Shown here piece after piece: positions 25,052-32,306 of a stretch of DNA of 39,701 nucleotides. The stretch spans positions 1-39,701 of the forward strand of contig JAJDBI010000027.1 of assembly GCA_029261435.1 (NCBI GenBank), written 5' to 3'. The DNA comes from Nitrospinaceae bacterium. GTDB taxonomy: Bacteria > Nitrospinota > Nitrospinia > Nitrospinales > VA-1. Every line of letters starts with the position of its first letter. The stretch's first letter is position 1. The notes beneath the pieces are model-generated. The model was given only the letters and a program-made list of their open reading frames with translations. It had not been told where the DNA came from and ran no database searches. A program made the position numbers and the translations under genes.

Positions 25052-25696
25052 TCAGTGTCCCTTTGGCTTCGCCTCTTTCTTCGGTGTTAGATTTTCAGAA
25101 CCTTCCAAAAATGAATAAGTCTTTGCCGTTAAGGTCGTGCTCAGGGAACCCACTGCCGTTCCCCCTCTAGAGTTCTTGACACTCTTCCCCTGTAATTTCA
25201 AGTTTTCAAAACTCACGAGACGCAAAAGATTTTGCATATATTCAATGAAGTCGAGCGTGACCCATAATTCCCCATCTATCTGGACCTTCAAGGGAATCTC
25301 TTTATAAAAATCTCCAACCTCACCTTCCTGCAAAGTGAGTGCAACCATCTTGATATTTCTATTCTTGCCAAACGCCGTTATTTTTTGTACCAAACCCGGA
25401 ATCTCATCCTGACTTGGCATTTGGTTTTTAAACGAATCAAACTGACCCTTCATCAGGGCCAAATTTTTTGCCACCAGGCCTTCTTTAGCAACCGTAGCTT
25501 TATATCGCTTAAGGGTTCTTTCCGCTCCCTCCTTCTGCTTTGTGAGGCTTTCAAATTCCTCATTGGAAGCACTGTGCAATGTAAAAAAATAGCCCAGGAA
25601 AATTACCAAGCCGATACCTAATGCTCCAGCAAGCAAATGGGTAAACTGAATCTCCTCCAGTTCATCGTAGGGTAAATTGTCGAACAGTTTTTCCAT
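25052..25696 (-). CDS. pilO: type IV pilus assembly protein PilO
   Basis: Position between pilN and pilP. Single TM (LLAGALGIGLVIFLGYFF), a coiled-coil, then FYKEIPLKVQIDGELWVTLDFIEYMQNLLRLVSFENLKL, typical of the PilO ferredoxin-like domain. Confidence 0.75.
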   Translation of the reverse strand: MEKLFDNLPYDELEEIQFTHLLAGALGIGLVIFLGYFFTLHSASNEEFESLTKQKEGAERTLKRYKATVAKEGLVAKNLALMKGQFDSFKNQMPSQDEIPGLVQKITAFGKNRNIKMVALTLQEGEVGDFYKEIPLKVQIDGELWVTLDFIEYMQNLLRLVSFENLKLQGKSVKNSRGGTAVGSLSTTLTAKTYSFLEGSENLTPKKEAKPKGH

Positions 25697-25705
25697 AGTA
25701 TTTGA

Positions 25706-26368
25706 TTAAGCCGATTTCTTCTTTTCCGGCATATAACAATAAATAATAAATTTATAGACCTCCTGGCCGCCAATAATTTTCCGGGCCGACTTATAAAGGA
25801 ACGTCGTTTCATAATAGGAAAGTTCCTGCAGTTTTCCCATATACTCCACCACTCCCTTTTCAGTCAGTGCGTAGCCTGAAACTTCCACAAACTCTTTTGG
25901 AGGCGCTGCAGCTTTCTTTTTCTTTTTCCTCTTTTTCTTTTTCTTGTCAGCAGGGTCACCAAACATGATGACGGGAATATTCTTTGATCGAAGGCCGGCC
26001 TGGTCTTTCTGTATGATTGAGGTCAGCCAAAGGCCCTCCGGAACTGCCATATTTAAATCGCTGACAATGGTGTTCGCGGGCAGCTGTTTTTCTCTTAAAC
26101 TTTCGATCCCGGTTATAATATTCTTCATACGATTCTGCCTGGCCTGCATGTCGTTGACCTTTTTGACCTGGTTTTTCAAACTCGCGACCTGGGATTCAAG
26201 TTTGCGTGTCTCGCTTCTTATCGAATCCAGACGAGCCTGCTCGACCAGCCAAACAGCTATGACAAAAAAGATAGCGGCAATGATGATCCCGGAGCATTTG
26301 ACCACCCGCTTCTGGATCTCAATCTTTCTCAACTCATATCGATAGTCATGGAGGTTGATTCGAATCAT
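25706..26368 (-). CDS. pilN: type IV pilus assembly protein PilN (with a poly-lysine insert)
   Basis: N-terminal MIRINLHDYR (the INLLP-type PilM-binding peptide), one TM and a coiled-coil. ATGA overlap with pilM. Confidence 0.8.
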   Translation of the reverse strand: MIRINLHDYRYELRKIEIQKRVVKCSGIIIAAIFFVIAVWLVEQARLDSIRSETRKLESQVASLKNQVKKVNDMQARQNRMKNIITGIESLREKQLPANTIVSDLNMAVPEGLWLTSIIQKDQAGLRSKNIPVIMFGDPADKKKKKRKKKKKAAAPPKEFVEVSGYALTEKGVVEYMGKLQELSYYETTFLYKSARKIIGGQEVYKFIIYCYMPEKKKSA

Positions 26369-27516
26369 TTGTAATCAAACCTCCTGGTAGCCAGACCCAA
26401 TGCAACTGTGGATAGCCCACTCATTTCATCGATTAATGATTGGTCAAAGTTTTTAGGATTTATTTTTACTCCCTGCATTGGGTCCAGAGTCTCTACAGGT
26501 ATCTTTAAATCGTCTGAAAAATATTCATCCAATCCCCGTATCATGCTCCCGCCCCCGCATAGCAAAACCCGCTCAATCTTGTGATCTGAAATTGTGCTGA
26601 AGTATTCAAATGATTTCTGAATCTCTTCTAAAACTTTTTTATAGGCTCGGGAAATAATTTCGATAACTTCCTCTTCTTTGATATCTGAAGAAAACTTTCC
26701 CCTCTTTACATCTAGAGTTTGTTTAAAAGGGATCTGAAATTTTGACATGAGCATATTGGTCAAATACCCTCCTCCAACAGGAATATCCCGGGTATAACCC
26801 ATTGCCCCATTTTGAATAATATTGATATGAGTAAAAGAGTCCCCCAAGTCAATCAGCGCAATAGTTCCCATTGATGACAAGTCAGTGGTCAACTGCGCCG
26901 CATTCATCAATGCAAAAACATCCAAATCAATGATGGCTGGTTTCAAACCCGCCTCCAAAAGGAGGTCCGTCCTCTCATCTATAATCTCTTTTTGAACCGC
27001 AACCAGAAGGGCTTCCATCATTTCCCCCTCCTCATTCGAATCCTCTTTTTGCTCGTCATTGTCTTGCGGAGAATCATCAGCAGGTTCGGATTCTTCCGAA
27101 CCCTCAGATTTCTCTTTCTCATCAACATTTACGGAGCCCAGTATTTGGAAGTCGAGAGCAACATCATCAATATCAAAAGGAATGTACTGCTCTGCTTCCT
27201 GGGTGATCTTTGCAGAAAGCTCCTCTTCCGACATTACTGGAACTTTTATTTTCTTGATGAAAACTGCTTCTCCTGCAACGGCAGAAACGGCATAACGACT
27301 TTGAATTTTTTCAGCTTTGATTAAATTTTTCAGCGCATCTGCCACCAGATCGGGCTTTTTAATTGCCCCTTCTACAATGCACTCTTCATCCAACGGCATC
27401 ATTCCGAAACGAGTCAGTTCATACTGCCCATTTTTTAACTCATTCAACTGAACCAGCTTGATGGAAGAAGATCCGATGTCGATGGCAACTAATGGACTTT
27501 TTTTTGATAGAAACAT
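26365..27516 (-). CDS. pilM: type IV pilus assembly ATPase-fold protein PilM (with an acidic insert)
   Basis: VAIDIGSSSIKLVQL (actin-like phosphate-1 motif), ALIDLGDSFTHINII, LLCGGGSMIRGLDEYF. First gene of the pilMNOPQ run. Confidence 0.9.
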   Translation of the reverse strand: MFLSKKSPLVAIDIGSSSIKLVQLNELKNGQYELTRFGMMPLDEECIVEGAIKKPDLVADALKNLIKAEKIQSRYAVSAVAGEAVFIKKIKVPVMSEEELSAKITQEAEQYIPFDIDDVALDFQILGSVNVDEKEKSEGSEESEPADDSPQDNDEQKEDSNEEGEMMEALLVAVQKEIIDERTDLLLEAGLKPAIIDLDVFALMNAAQLTTDLSSMGTIALIDLGDSFTHINIIQNGAMGYTRDIPVGGGYLTNMLMSKFQIPFKQTLDVKRGKFSSDIKEEEVIEIISRAYKKVLEEIQKSFEYFSTISDHKIERVLLCGGGSMIRGLDEYFSDDLKIPVETLDPMQGVKINPKNFDQSLIDEMSGLSTVALGLATRRFDYK

Positions 27517-27578
27517 AAAATCCCAAAAAAATTTTCCGTAATATTCGCCCCCAAAGGGACTGATATATCTTTAATTAC

Positions 27579-27594
27579 AGCAAACCCTGTACCA
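27579..27594 (-). promoter_or_regulatory. candidate sigma54 (-24/-12) promoter for pilM
   Basis: The minus strand reads TGGTACAGGGTTTGCT, against the consensus TGGCAC-N5-TTGCW. The GG/GC spacing is exact, and the -12 GC is about 64 nt upstream of the pilM ATG. Confidence 0.5.
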
Positions 27595-27854
27595 AACAGA
27601 TTTATTACCCATAACCTCTATTAAAATAAGGTCTTTATAAATCACTATTCAAGGCCCCCGCCAGTCAGGTGGATGATTTTTTATCACTTCCCATAAAAAA
27701 TCATTCAGATCATCTGTAAACTTTTTTCTGTGCGGCAATCAAGTCCCTCGCGCATGTTCCGATAAGCGTTTGGAGGGGGTATTGATCCAAGCATCTGTTT
27801 TCTCAACATGCATGAATCTGCCCTGACCTAAAAAAAACAATCCTTAAATAAAGT

Positions 27855-28139
27855 TCAGGATTTTTTAGACTTTCCCTTTTCCGACACAGAAGCCGAGCTG
27901 TCATTTGCAGAATCAAAAATTCTTGTCCGGTCTGCGAGCTTGTACCCAAGAGCTAAAATAATCTTCCGCTTTGTATCGAGTCGACAGTCGTTCCCCTTTT
28001 CAATACGATCAATCGTCTGAACGGTCACGCTTGCTTTTCGAGCCAACTCGGCCTTGCTCATCATTTTAGCTTCCCGAATTTCCCGGACGCTGTTGGTGTT
28101 GGCCACAGTAAATCCCCTCCCTAAAGATGGTTCTGACAC
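27855..28139 (-). CDS. XRE-family helix-turn-helix transcriptional regulator
   Basis: MSKAELARKASVTVQTIDRIEKGNDCRLDTKRKIILAL is a canonical HTH_3-type motif. The track start is GTG 28139. A GTG at 28106 (9 nt after GGAGG) or the ATG pair at residues 26-27 are equally plausible starts. Confidence 0.8.
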   Translation of the reverse strand: MSEPSLGRGFTVANTNSVREIREAKMMSKAELARKASVTVQTIDRIEKGNDCRLDTKRKIILALGYKLADRTRIFDSANDSSASVSEKGKSKKS

Positions 28140-28223
28140 AATTGGGTCCTGCTTATTTAATTACTTTCTTGTGGAATACATAGATGTTACTTTCAAAAGT
28201 ACCAAGTTGTCAATAAAATTCCC

Positions 28224-28240
28224 TGAATAACCGTTATTCA
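28224..28240. promoter_or_regulatory. perfect 8-1-8 palindrome TGAATAAC-C-GTTATTCA between the divergent XRE regulator and miaB (candidate operator)
   Basis: Perfect inverted repeat in an AT-rich divergent promoter region, about 85-120 nt upstream of the regulator's candidate starts. Confidence 0.4.
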
Positions 28241-28351
28241 ATATTAATTTATATAAATTTGTTTAAATTAATAGGCCTGGCGACACACCAGGTCTTCATT
28301 GCCCCCAAATGCTGGTTGCAAAGATCCGGCGATTCCCTTACATTCTCCCTT

Positions 28352-29728
28352 ATGAAACAAGTCTATTTAGATACTTTCGGCTGCCAGATGAATGTCGCTG
28401 ATACGGACAGAATGGAACTCATCCTGTTCCACTCCGGCTACCGACGCACCCAGGAAAAAGAGGATGCAGACCTGATTCTGGTCAATACCTGCTCTATTCG
28501 GGAAAAGGCAGAACAAAAAACGTTCTCCCTGTTCGGCGGCTTAAAACCTTTAAAAATGGCGAACCCCGATCTGATTCTAGGCTTGACCGGGTGTCTGGGC
28601 CAACAGGATGGAGAAAAACTGCTGCAACGCATGCCCTATCTGGATTTTGTAATGGGACCGGATCAGGTGGATGGAATCGCAGAGGCCGTCGACCGGGTGC
28701 GAGACACCGGCAAATCTTTCGTCTGGACTGGTTTTGATAAGGAAAAAGCCTACACCATTCCCGAACTGGCCCTGCCCAAATCTCCCGGACCCAGCGCGTT
28801 TGTAAACATCATTAAAGGTTGCGATAAGTTTTGCACCTTTTGCGTGGTGCCGTTCACCCGGGGAAGAGAAAAGTCGCGGGAGCCGGAGGAGCTCTATGGA
28901 GAAATCCGTCATCTGGTGGATCACGGTGCGAAAGAAATTATTTTACTCGGGCAAAACGTAAATTCCTACGGCAAGCGGGGGCTGAAAAATCCCATACCGT
29001 TTCATGAGCTTTTATACGGCGTCGCTAAAATTCCCGGAGTAGAAAGATTGCGGTTCACCACCAGCCATCCTAATGACTTCACCCGCGAAACCATTCGCGC
29101 TTACCGGGATATTGACATTCTAGTGAATCATCTGCATCTCCCTGTTCAAAGCGGCAACAACGAAATGCTCCAGGCCATGCGCCGCGACCATACAATTGAA
29201 GAGTATCGAGATTTGCTGTTTGAGCTGAAATCAGAAGTGCCAGACATATCCCTCTCCACCGACATCATTGTCGGGTTTCCCGGTGAATCGGATGCCGCCT
29301 TTGACGACACACTGAAAATTATGCAAGAAGTCGGCTATAGCAGTAGCTTCATGTTTGCCTACAGCCCCAGACCCGGAACCCCGGCGAATGAATTACCCGA
29401 TTCGGTTCCCCTGGAAACCAAAAAGCATAGACTGCAGGAAACCATTGCTCTGCAAAGCCGGTTGACCGCCGAGCAGGGAAAAGCTTTTATCCGTAAAAAT
29501 GTTGAGGTATTGATAGAAGGCCGATCATCCAAACCGGGCTATGCCTTCAAGGGGAGAAATCCACAATACTGGGGCGCAAACATTCAAGGTGGGGAAGAGA
29601 CAATAAAAGCCGGGGATACTGTAACAATGCAGGTCGAAAATGTTTCGGGTCATTCCCTCAACGGCCCTCTAGCGAGGGAGGCAGATAGCAAAGACATCCC
29701 GCCGAGAAAAACAGTTGCTCGCCAATGA
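28352..29728 (+). CDS. miaB: tRNA-i6A37 methylthiotransferase MiaB (radical SAM)
   Basis: MKQVYLDTFGCQMNVADTDRM (UPF0004 N-domain), the CDKFCTFCVVP radical-SAM CxxxCxxC motif and a C-terminal TRAM-like segment. The track ORF has 31 extra upstream codons that are not family-like. Confidence 0.85.
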   Translation: MKQVYLDTFGCQMNVADTDRMELILFHSGYRRTQEKEDADLILVNTCSIREKAEQKTFSLFGGLKPLKMANPDLILGLTGCLGQQDGEKLLQRMPYLDFVMGPDQVDGIAEAVDRVRDTGKSFVWTGFDKEKAYTIPELALPKSPGPSAFVNIIKGCDKFCTFCVVPFTRGREKSREPEELYGEIRHLVDHGAKEIILLGQNVNSYGKRGLKNPIPFHELLYGVAKIPGVERLRFTTSHPNDFTRETIRAYRDIDILVNHLHLPVQSGNNEMLQAMRRDHTIEEYRDLLFELKSEVPDISLSTDIIVGFPGESDAAFDDTLKIMQEVGYSSSFMFAYSPRPGTPANELPDSVPLETKKHRLQETIALQSRLTAEQGKAFIRKNVEVLIEGRSSKPGYAFKGRNPQYWGANIQGGEETIKAGDTVTMQVENVSGHSLNGPLAREADSKDIPPRKTVARQ

Positions 29729-29759
29729 AAGCTAATGCAGTCGGCCCCACGCCCAGTGG

Positions 29760-31211
29760 TTAATAAATCGCCAGGCGGGAATAAACTTCTTCTTCTACAA
29801 TCGCAAGTTGTGGCAACACCACTTTCAAAGCAATTCGTACTTCACGAACAAATTTCAGTTCCGGTGGCCGTTCCCGCTCAGCAAACTGGTGCAACGCATC
29901 CGTACAAAAATGATCCAACTCGATAATCTGATTCAATAAGTCAGCCGGTAGGTCTTCGAGTCCTACTCCCTGATCTTCCAAAAACCGCAATACCCCGACC
30001 AGACTCAATTTAAGATCCACACATTGTTCGCGCAAGTTCGCGATCAAATGCGACTCGCGGATTTTTAGATCCTCACAAATCTTAAACAAAAGTTCGCGCA
30101 GATAGCCATAAAACACTTCATGCTGTTTCTTATCCTTGAACAAATCGCCCTGTCCTCCGAACAGCAGGTAAAAAACAGCCTCCAGTTTGTATTTGTCCGA
30201 AGCCATGACCGTATAAAGCATGGACTTGAACTCCAACGCGTCGAAGGCCAGTTGTAAATCCTGAAATATCTTGTTCAGCGATCCCAACTCACCCTTGACA
30301 GTCCGGTTGGCATCAGAACGAATGAGACGTCCCGGCTCCTCTTGCCAGACAGGAACCATCTGCACGCCGCCAGCCTCACACCCAACAATGGTCCACTCCT
30401 GAAGAGACTCCAGAAAGTCCGTGACAGAAAAAACCTCCACTTCACGAAACACTTTCGAGTCCACAGAAAAGAGAATACGTAATAACTGCTTTTCCAGTCC
30501 GGTAGAACAGAATTTTTCATCCTGGCAAAGCGGGTCCATCTGAGTCGCCAATGCGATATAAAGCGCCCGCATGCGCAACCGATCCAACCGATATTGTCGC
30601 GAGGAATAGGGGCGCACCCGATAAATGCCCTTGTCATAGTCAACCAGTTCCACCAAAACAGCATCCCCAGGTCGGAAAGAGAAATGCTTATATAAAGTTT
30701 TCATGTCCCAGACCGTGACCGTCATGCGGCTTTTTCCGGGAATCCATTCATTGATCTTGATCTCTTCGGGAAAGTGCGCACCGCCGCAGTACTGATAAAA
30801 AGGAATGATGTCCTGAATAAAATAGGATTTTTTCAACTTGGGGATTTCATTCCCATCCGGGTCCTGAAACGTCAACTCACTCTCTTTAAGATTCGTCGGC
30901 ATGAAAGGAATCAAACGGTGCCCCGGGATCAGAACCCCCTCCTTCAATTCCCATTTCCCCAACTGCATTGATAAAGATACATGACCGATCTTTTCAACCA
31001 CAGCGCGAAAGGGAATAAAATTGCTATCATGGATACCGATCAGCGAAGAATGGTTGAGCAATACTTTCTTCAGCCGCTTCATGGAAGAATCAGAAACTTC
31101 TTTTTGCCACCGTCCCTCAAGACTTTTGGCAAATTCTTCCGTGCTGAATGGGGTGCTCGATTCTTGAATGAGTGTTTCGGCTAAACGATTGAGGGATATT
31201 CGATTTGTCAT
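29760..31211 (-). CDS. hypothetical protein, 483 aa, no recognisable motif
   Basis: Long uninterrupted ORF with an ATG start, no TM segments and no signal peptide. No clear SD. Its coding status rests on its length and the absence of a competing frame. Confidence 0.6.
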   Translation of the reverse strand: MTNRISLNRLAETLIQESSTPFSTEEFAKSLEGRWQKEVSDSSMKRLKKVLLNHSSLIGIHDSNFIPFRAVVEKIGHVSLSMQLGKWELKEGVLIPGHRLIPFMPTNLKESELTFQDPDGNEIPKLKKSYFIQDIIPFYQYCGGAHFPEEIKINEWIPGKSRMTVTVWDMKTLYKHFSFRPGDAVLVELVDYDKGIYRVRPYSSRQYRLDRLRMRALYIALATQMDPLCQDEKFCSTGLEKQLLRILFSVDSKVFREVEVFSVTDFLESLQEWTIVGCEAGGVQMVPVWQEEPGRLIRSDANRTVKGELGSLNKIFQDLQLAFDALEFKSMLYTVMASDKYKLEAVFYLLFGGQGDLFKDKKQHEVFYGYLRELLFKICEDLKIRESHLIANLREQCVDLKLSLVGVLRFLEDQGVGLEDLPADLLNQIIELDHFCTDALHQFAERERPPELKFVREVRIALKVVLPQLAIVEEEVYSRLAIY

Positions 31212-31456
31212 GATAAGAGAAAATAAATAAAACGGACTGGGATAGACGGCAGGTGAGACCTGGCAGAACGGTGGAAGGAATCACTCACCGCATTACTGAG
31301 CATAGACTAGCATAAAATTTCTAAACTGTTAGCAGAAAAATCATATTGCTCCCTGACCCCACGCCGAGTGGGTGCAATTTGTTTGATTTTACTTTTGGGG
31401 AAAGTTAAAATTCTACCATTCAATGATTACAATGAACTTATTGCAGGAGACGTTTC

Positions 31457-31708
31457 ATGGCACTTAATCTGGAGCCCGTTTATCAGGAAATTTTCGCTAA
31501 ATTCAAAACGCGGAAAAAGTTCGTGATACGGTCCGTAGAAAATAATATGTTAACGGTTGAGCAGGATGAAGAAATCTGTGGACAAAAAGAACCCAAAGTT
31601 TTTGAATTCAAAAGCCCGAGAGAGTTCGAAGAATTTGTCCGCGTAGAAAACCAGTTCGAATCCGACATCGTAAAACAACTGGAAGGCAACAAAATGCCTT
31701 ACCGGTGA
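31457..31708 (+). CDS. small hypothetical protein, 83 aa
   Basis: ATG 8 nt after AGGAG. Acidic and soluble, with no recognisable motif. Confidence 0.5.
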   Translation: MALNLEPVYQEIFAKFKTRKKFVIRSVENNMLTVEQDEEICGQKEPKVFEFKSPREFEEFVRVENQFESDIVKQLEGNKMPYR

Positions 31709-31720
31709 GCCACCGGGGGT

Positions 31721-32302
31721 TCACCGGGTGGACCAGTTGCCGTCTTCGAGTTTGAATTTTTCGCCGGGTTTGGCGTTGTCGCGGTTCAGGCTGGCGGAAA
31801 TTTTCTGGACCTTGGGGAGGTCTTTGTCTGTGAAGTTTTCGTTGGTCGCTACGATTCTTTTTAATATCACCATTCTATCTTCATTTTCTTCTGCAATGAT
31901 GGCTGTGGCGAACTCTTTGAACTTTGCATCGGTTTTTGTCCGTTCCGTTGCAAAAAATTTCAGCAACCCGTCATTGCCTTCTCCTGCCACCTGGGATTTT
32001 TTAAAATCCTGAATATCGTCGCGATTGAACTCCTGACGCTGCATGGCTCTCAATGCAGCCAACTTGCCTTTCGGAATTTCCGTGGCAGGTTTGAGTTTCC
32101 CTTCTTCATCTACTGACCGGACCGACGCAAGAAGCAGGACTTCGTTGCCCAGTTCTTCGTAACTGCCGAGTATCTGGTTTTCCAATGCGGTTTTTTGGTC
32201 AACGATGGTGACATTCACATCCACCAGTTTCTCGGCGCAACTGGGAAGCACCAGCAGCAAAGCGAGCGCAAGTGACATTGATGAGAGTTGGAATAATTTC
32301 AT
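31721..32302 (-). CDS. lipoprotein with a C-terminal DUF1318 (YdbL-like) region
   Basis: MKLFQLSSMSLALALLLVLPSC carries the lipobox LPSC. C-terminal ENEDRMVILKRIVATNENFT...VQKISASLNRDNAKPGEKFKLEDGNWSTR fits the YdbL pattern (N-x-D-R ... A-x-x-G-x-x-x-x-x-x-G-x-W). The ATG at 32302 is 5 nt after the KAS stop. The track ORF uses TTG 32314. Confidence 0.6.
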   Translation of the reverse strand: MKLFQLSSMSLALALLLVLPSCAEKLVDVNVTIVDQKTALENQILGSYEELGNEVLLLASVRSVDEEGKLKPATEIPKGKLAALRAMQRQEFNRDDIQDFKKSQVAGEGNDGLLKFFATERTKTDAKFKEFATAIIAEENEDRMVILKRIVATNENFTDKDLPKVQKISASLNRDNAKPGEKFKLEDGNWSTR

Positions 32303-32306
32303 AGCT

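Noticed and set aside
25913-25950. The poly-pyrimidine tract in pilN as a phase-variation switch
   Set aside because: The tract is not a perfect mono- or dinucleotide repeat (mixed AAA/AAG/AGG codons), so classical slipped-strand ON/OFF switching is not supported. It is kept as a protein-level observation instead.
27673-27704. AT-rich inverted repeat ATGATTTTTTAT-N8-ATAAAAAATCAT downstream of the XRE gene
   Set aside because: It could be a weak terminator or a protein site. An all-AT 12-bp stem is thermodynamically weak and common in AT-rich spacers, so there is not enough support to call a feature.
31654-31666. GTTCGAATCC, a tRNA T-loop-like sequence
   Set aside because: The flanking bases cannot form a T-stem (accag versus ccgac). 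No acceptor or anticodon arms are apparent, and it lies inside a small ORF that has a good SD.
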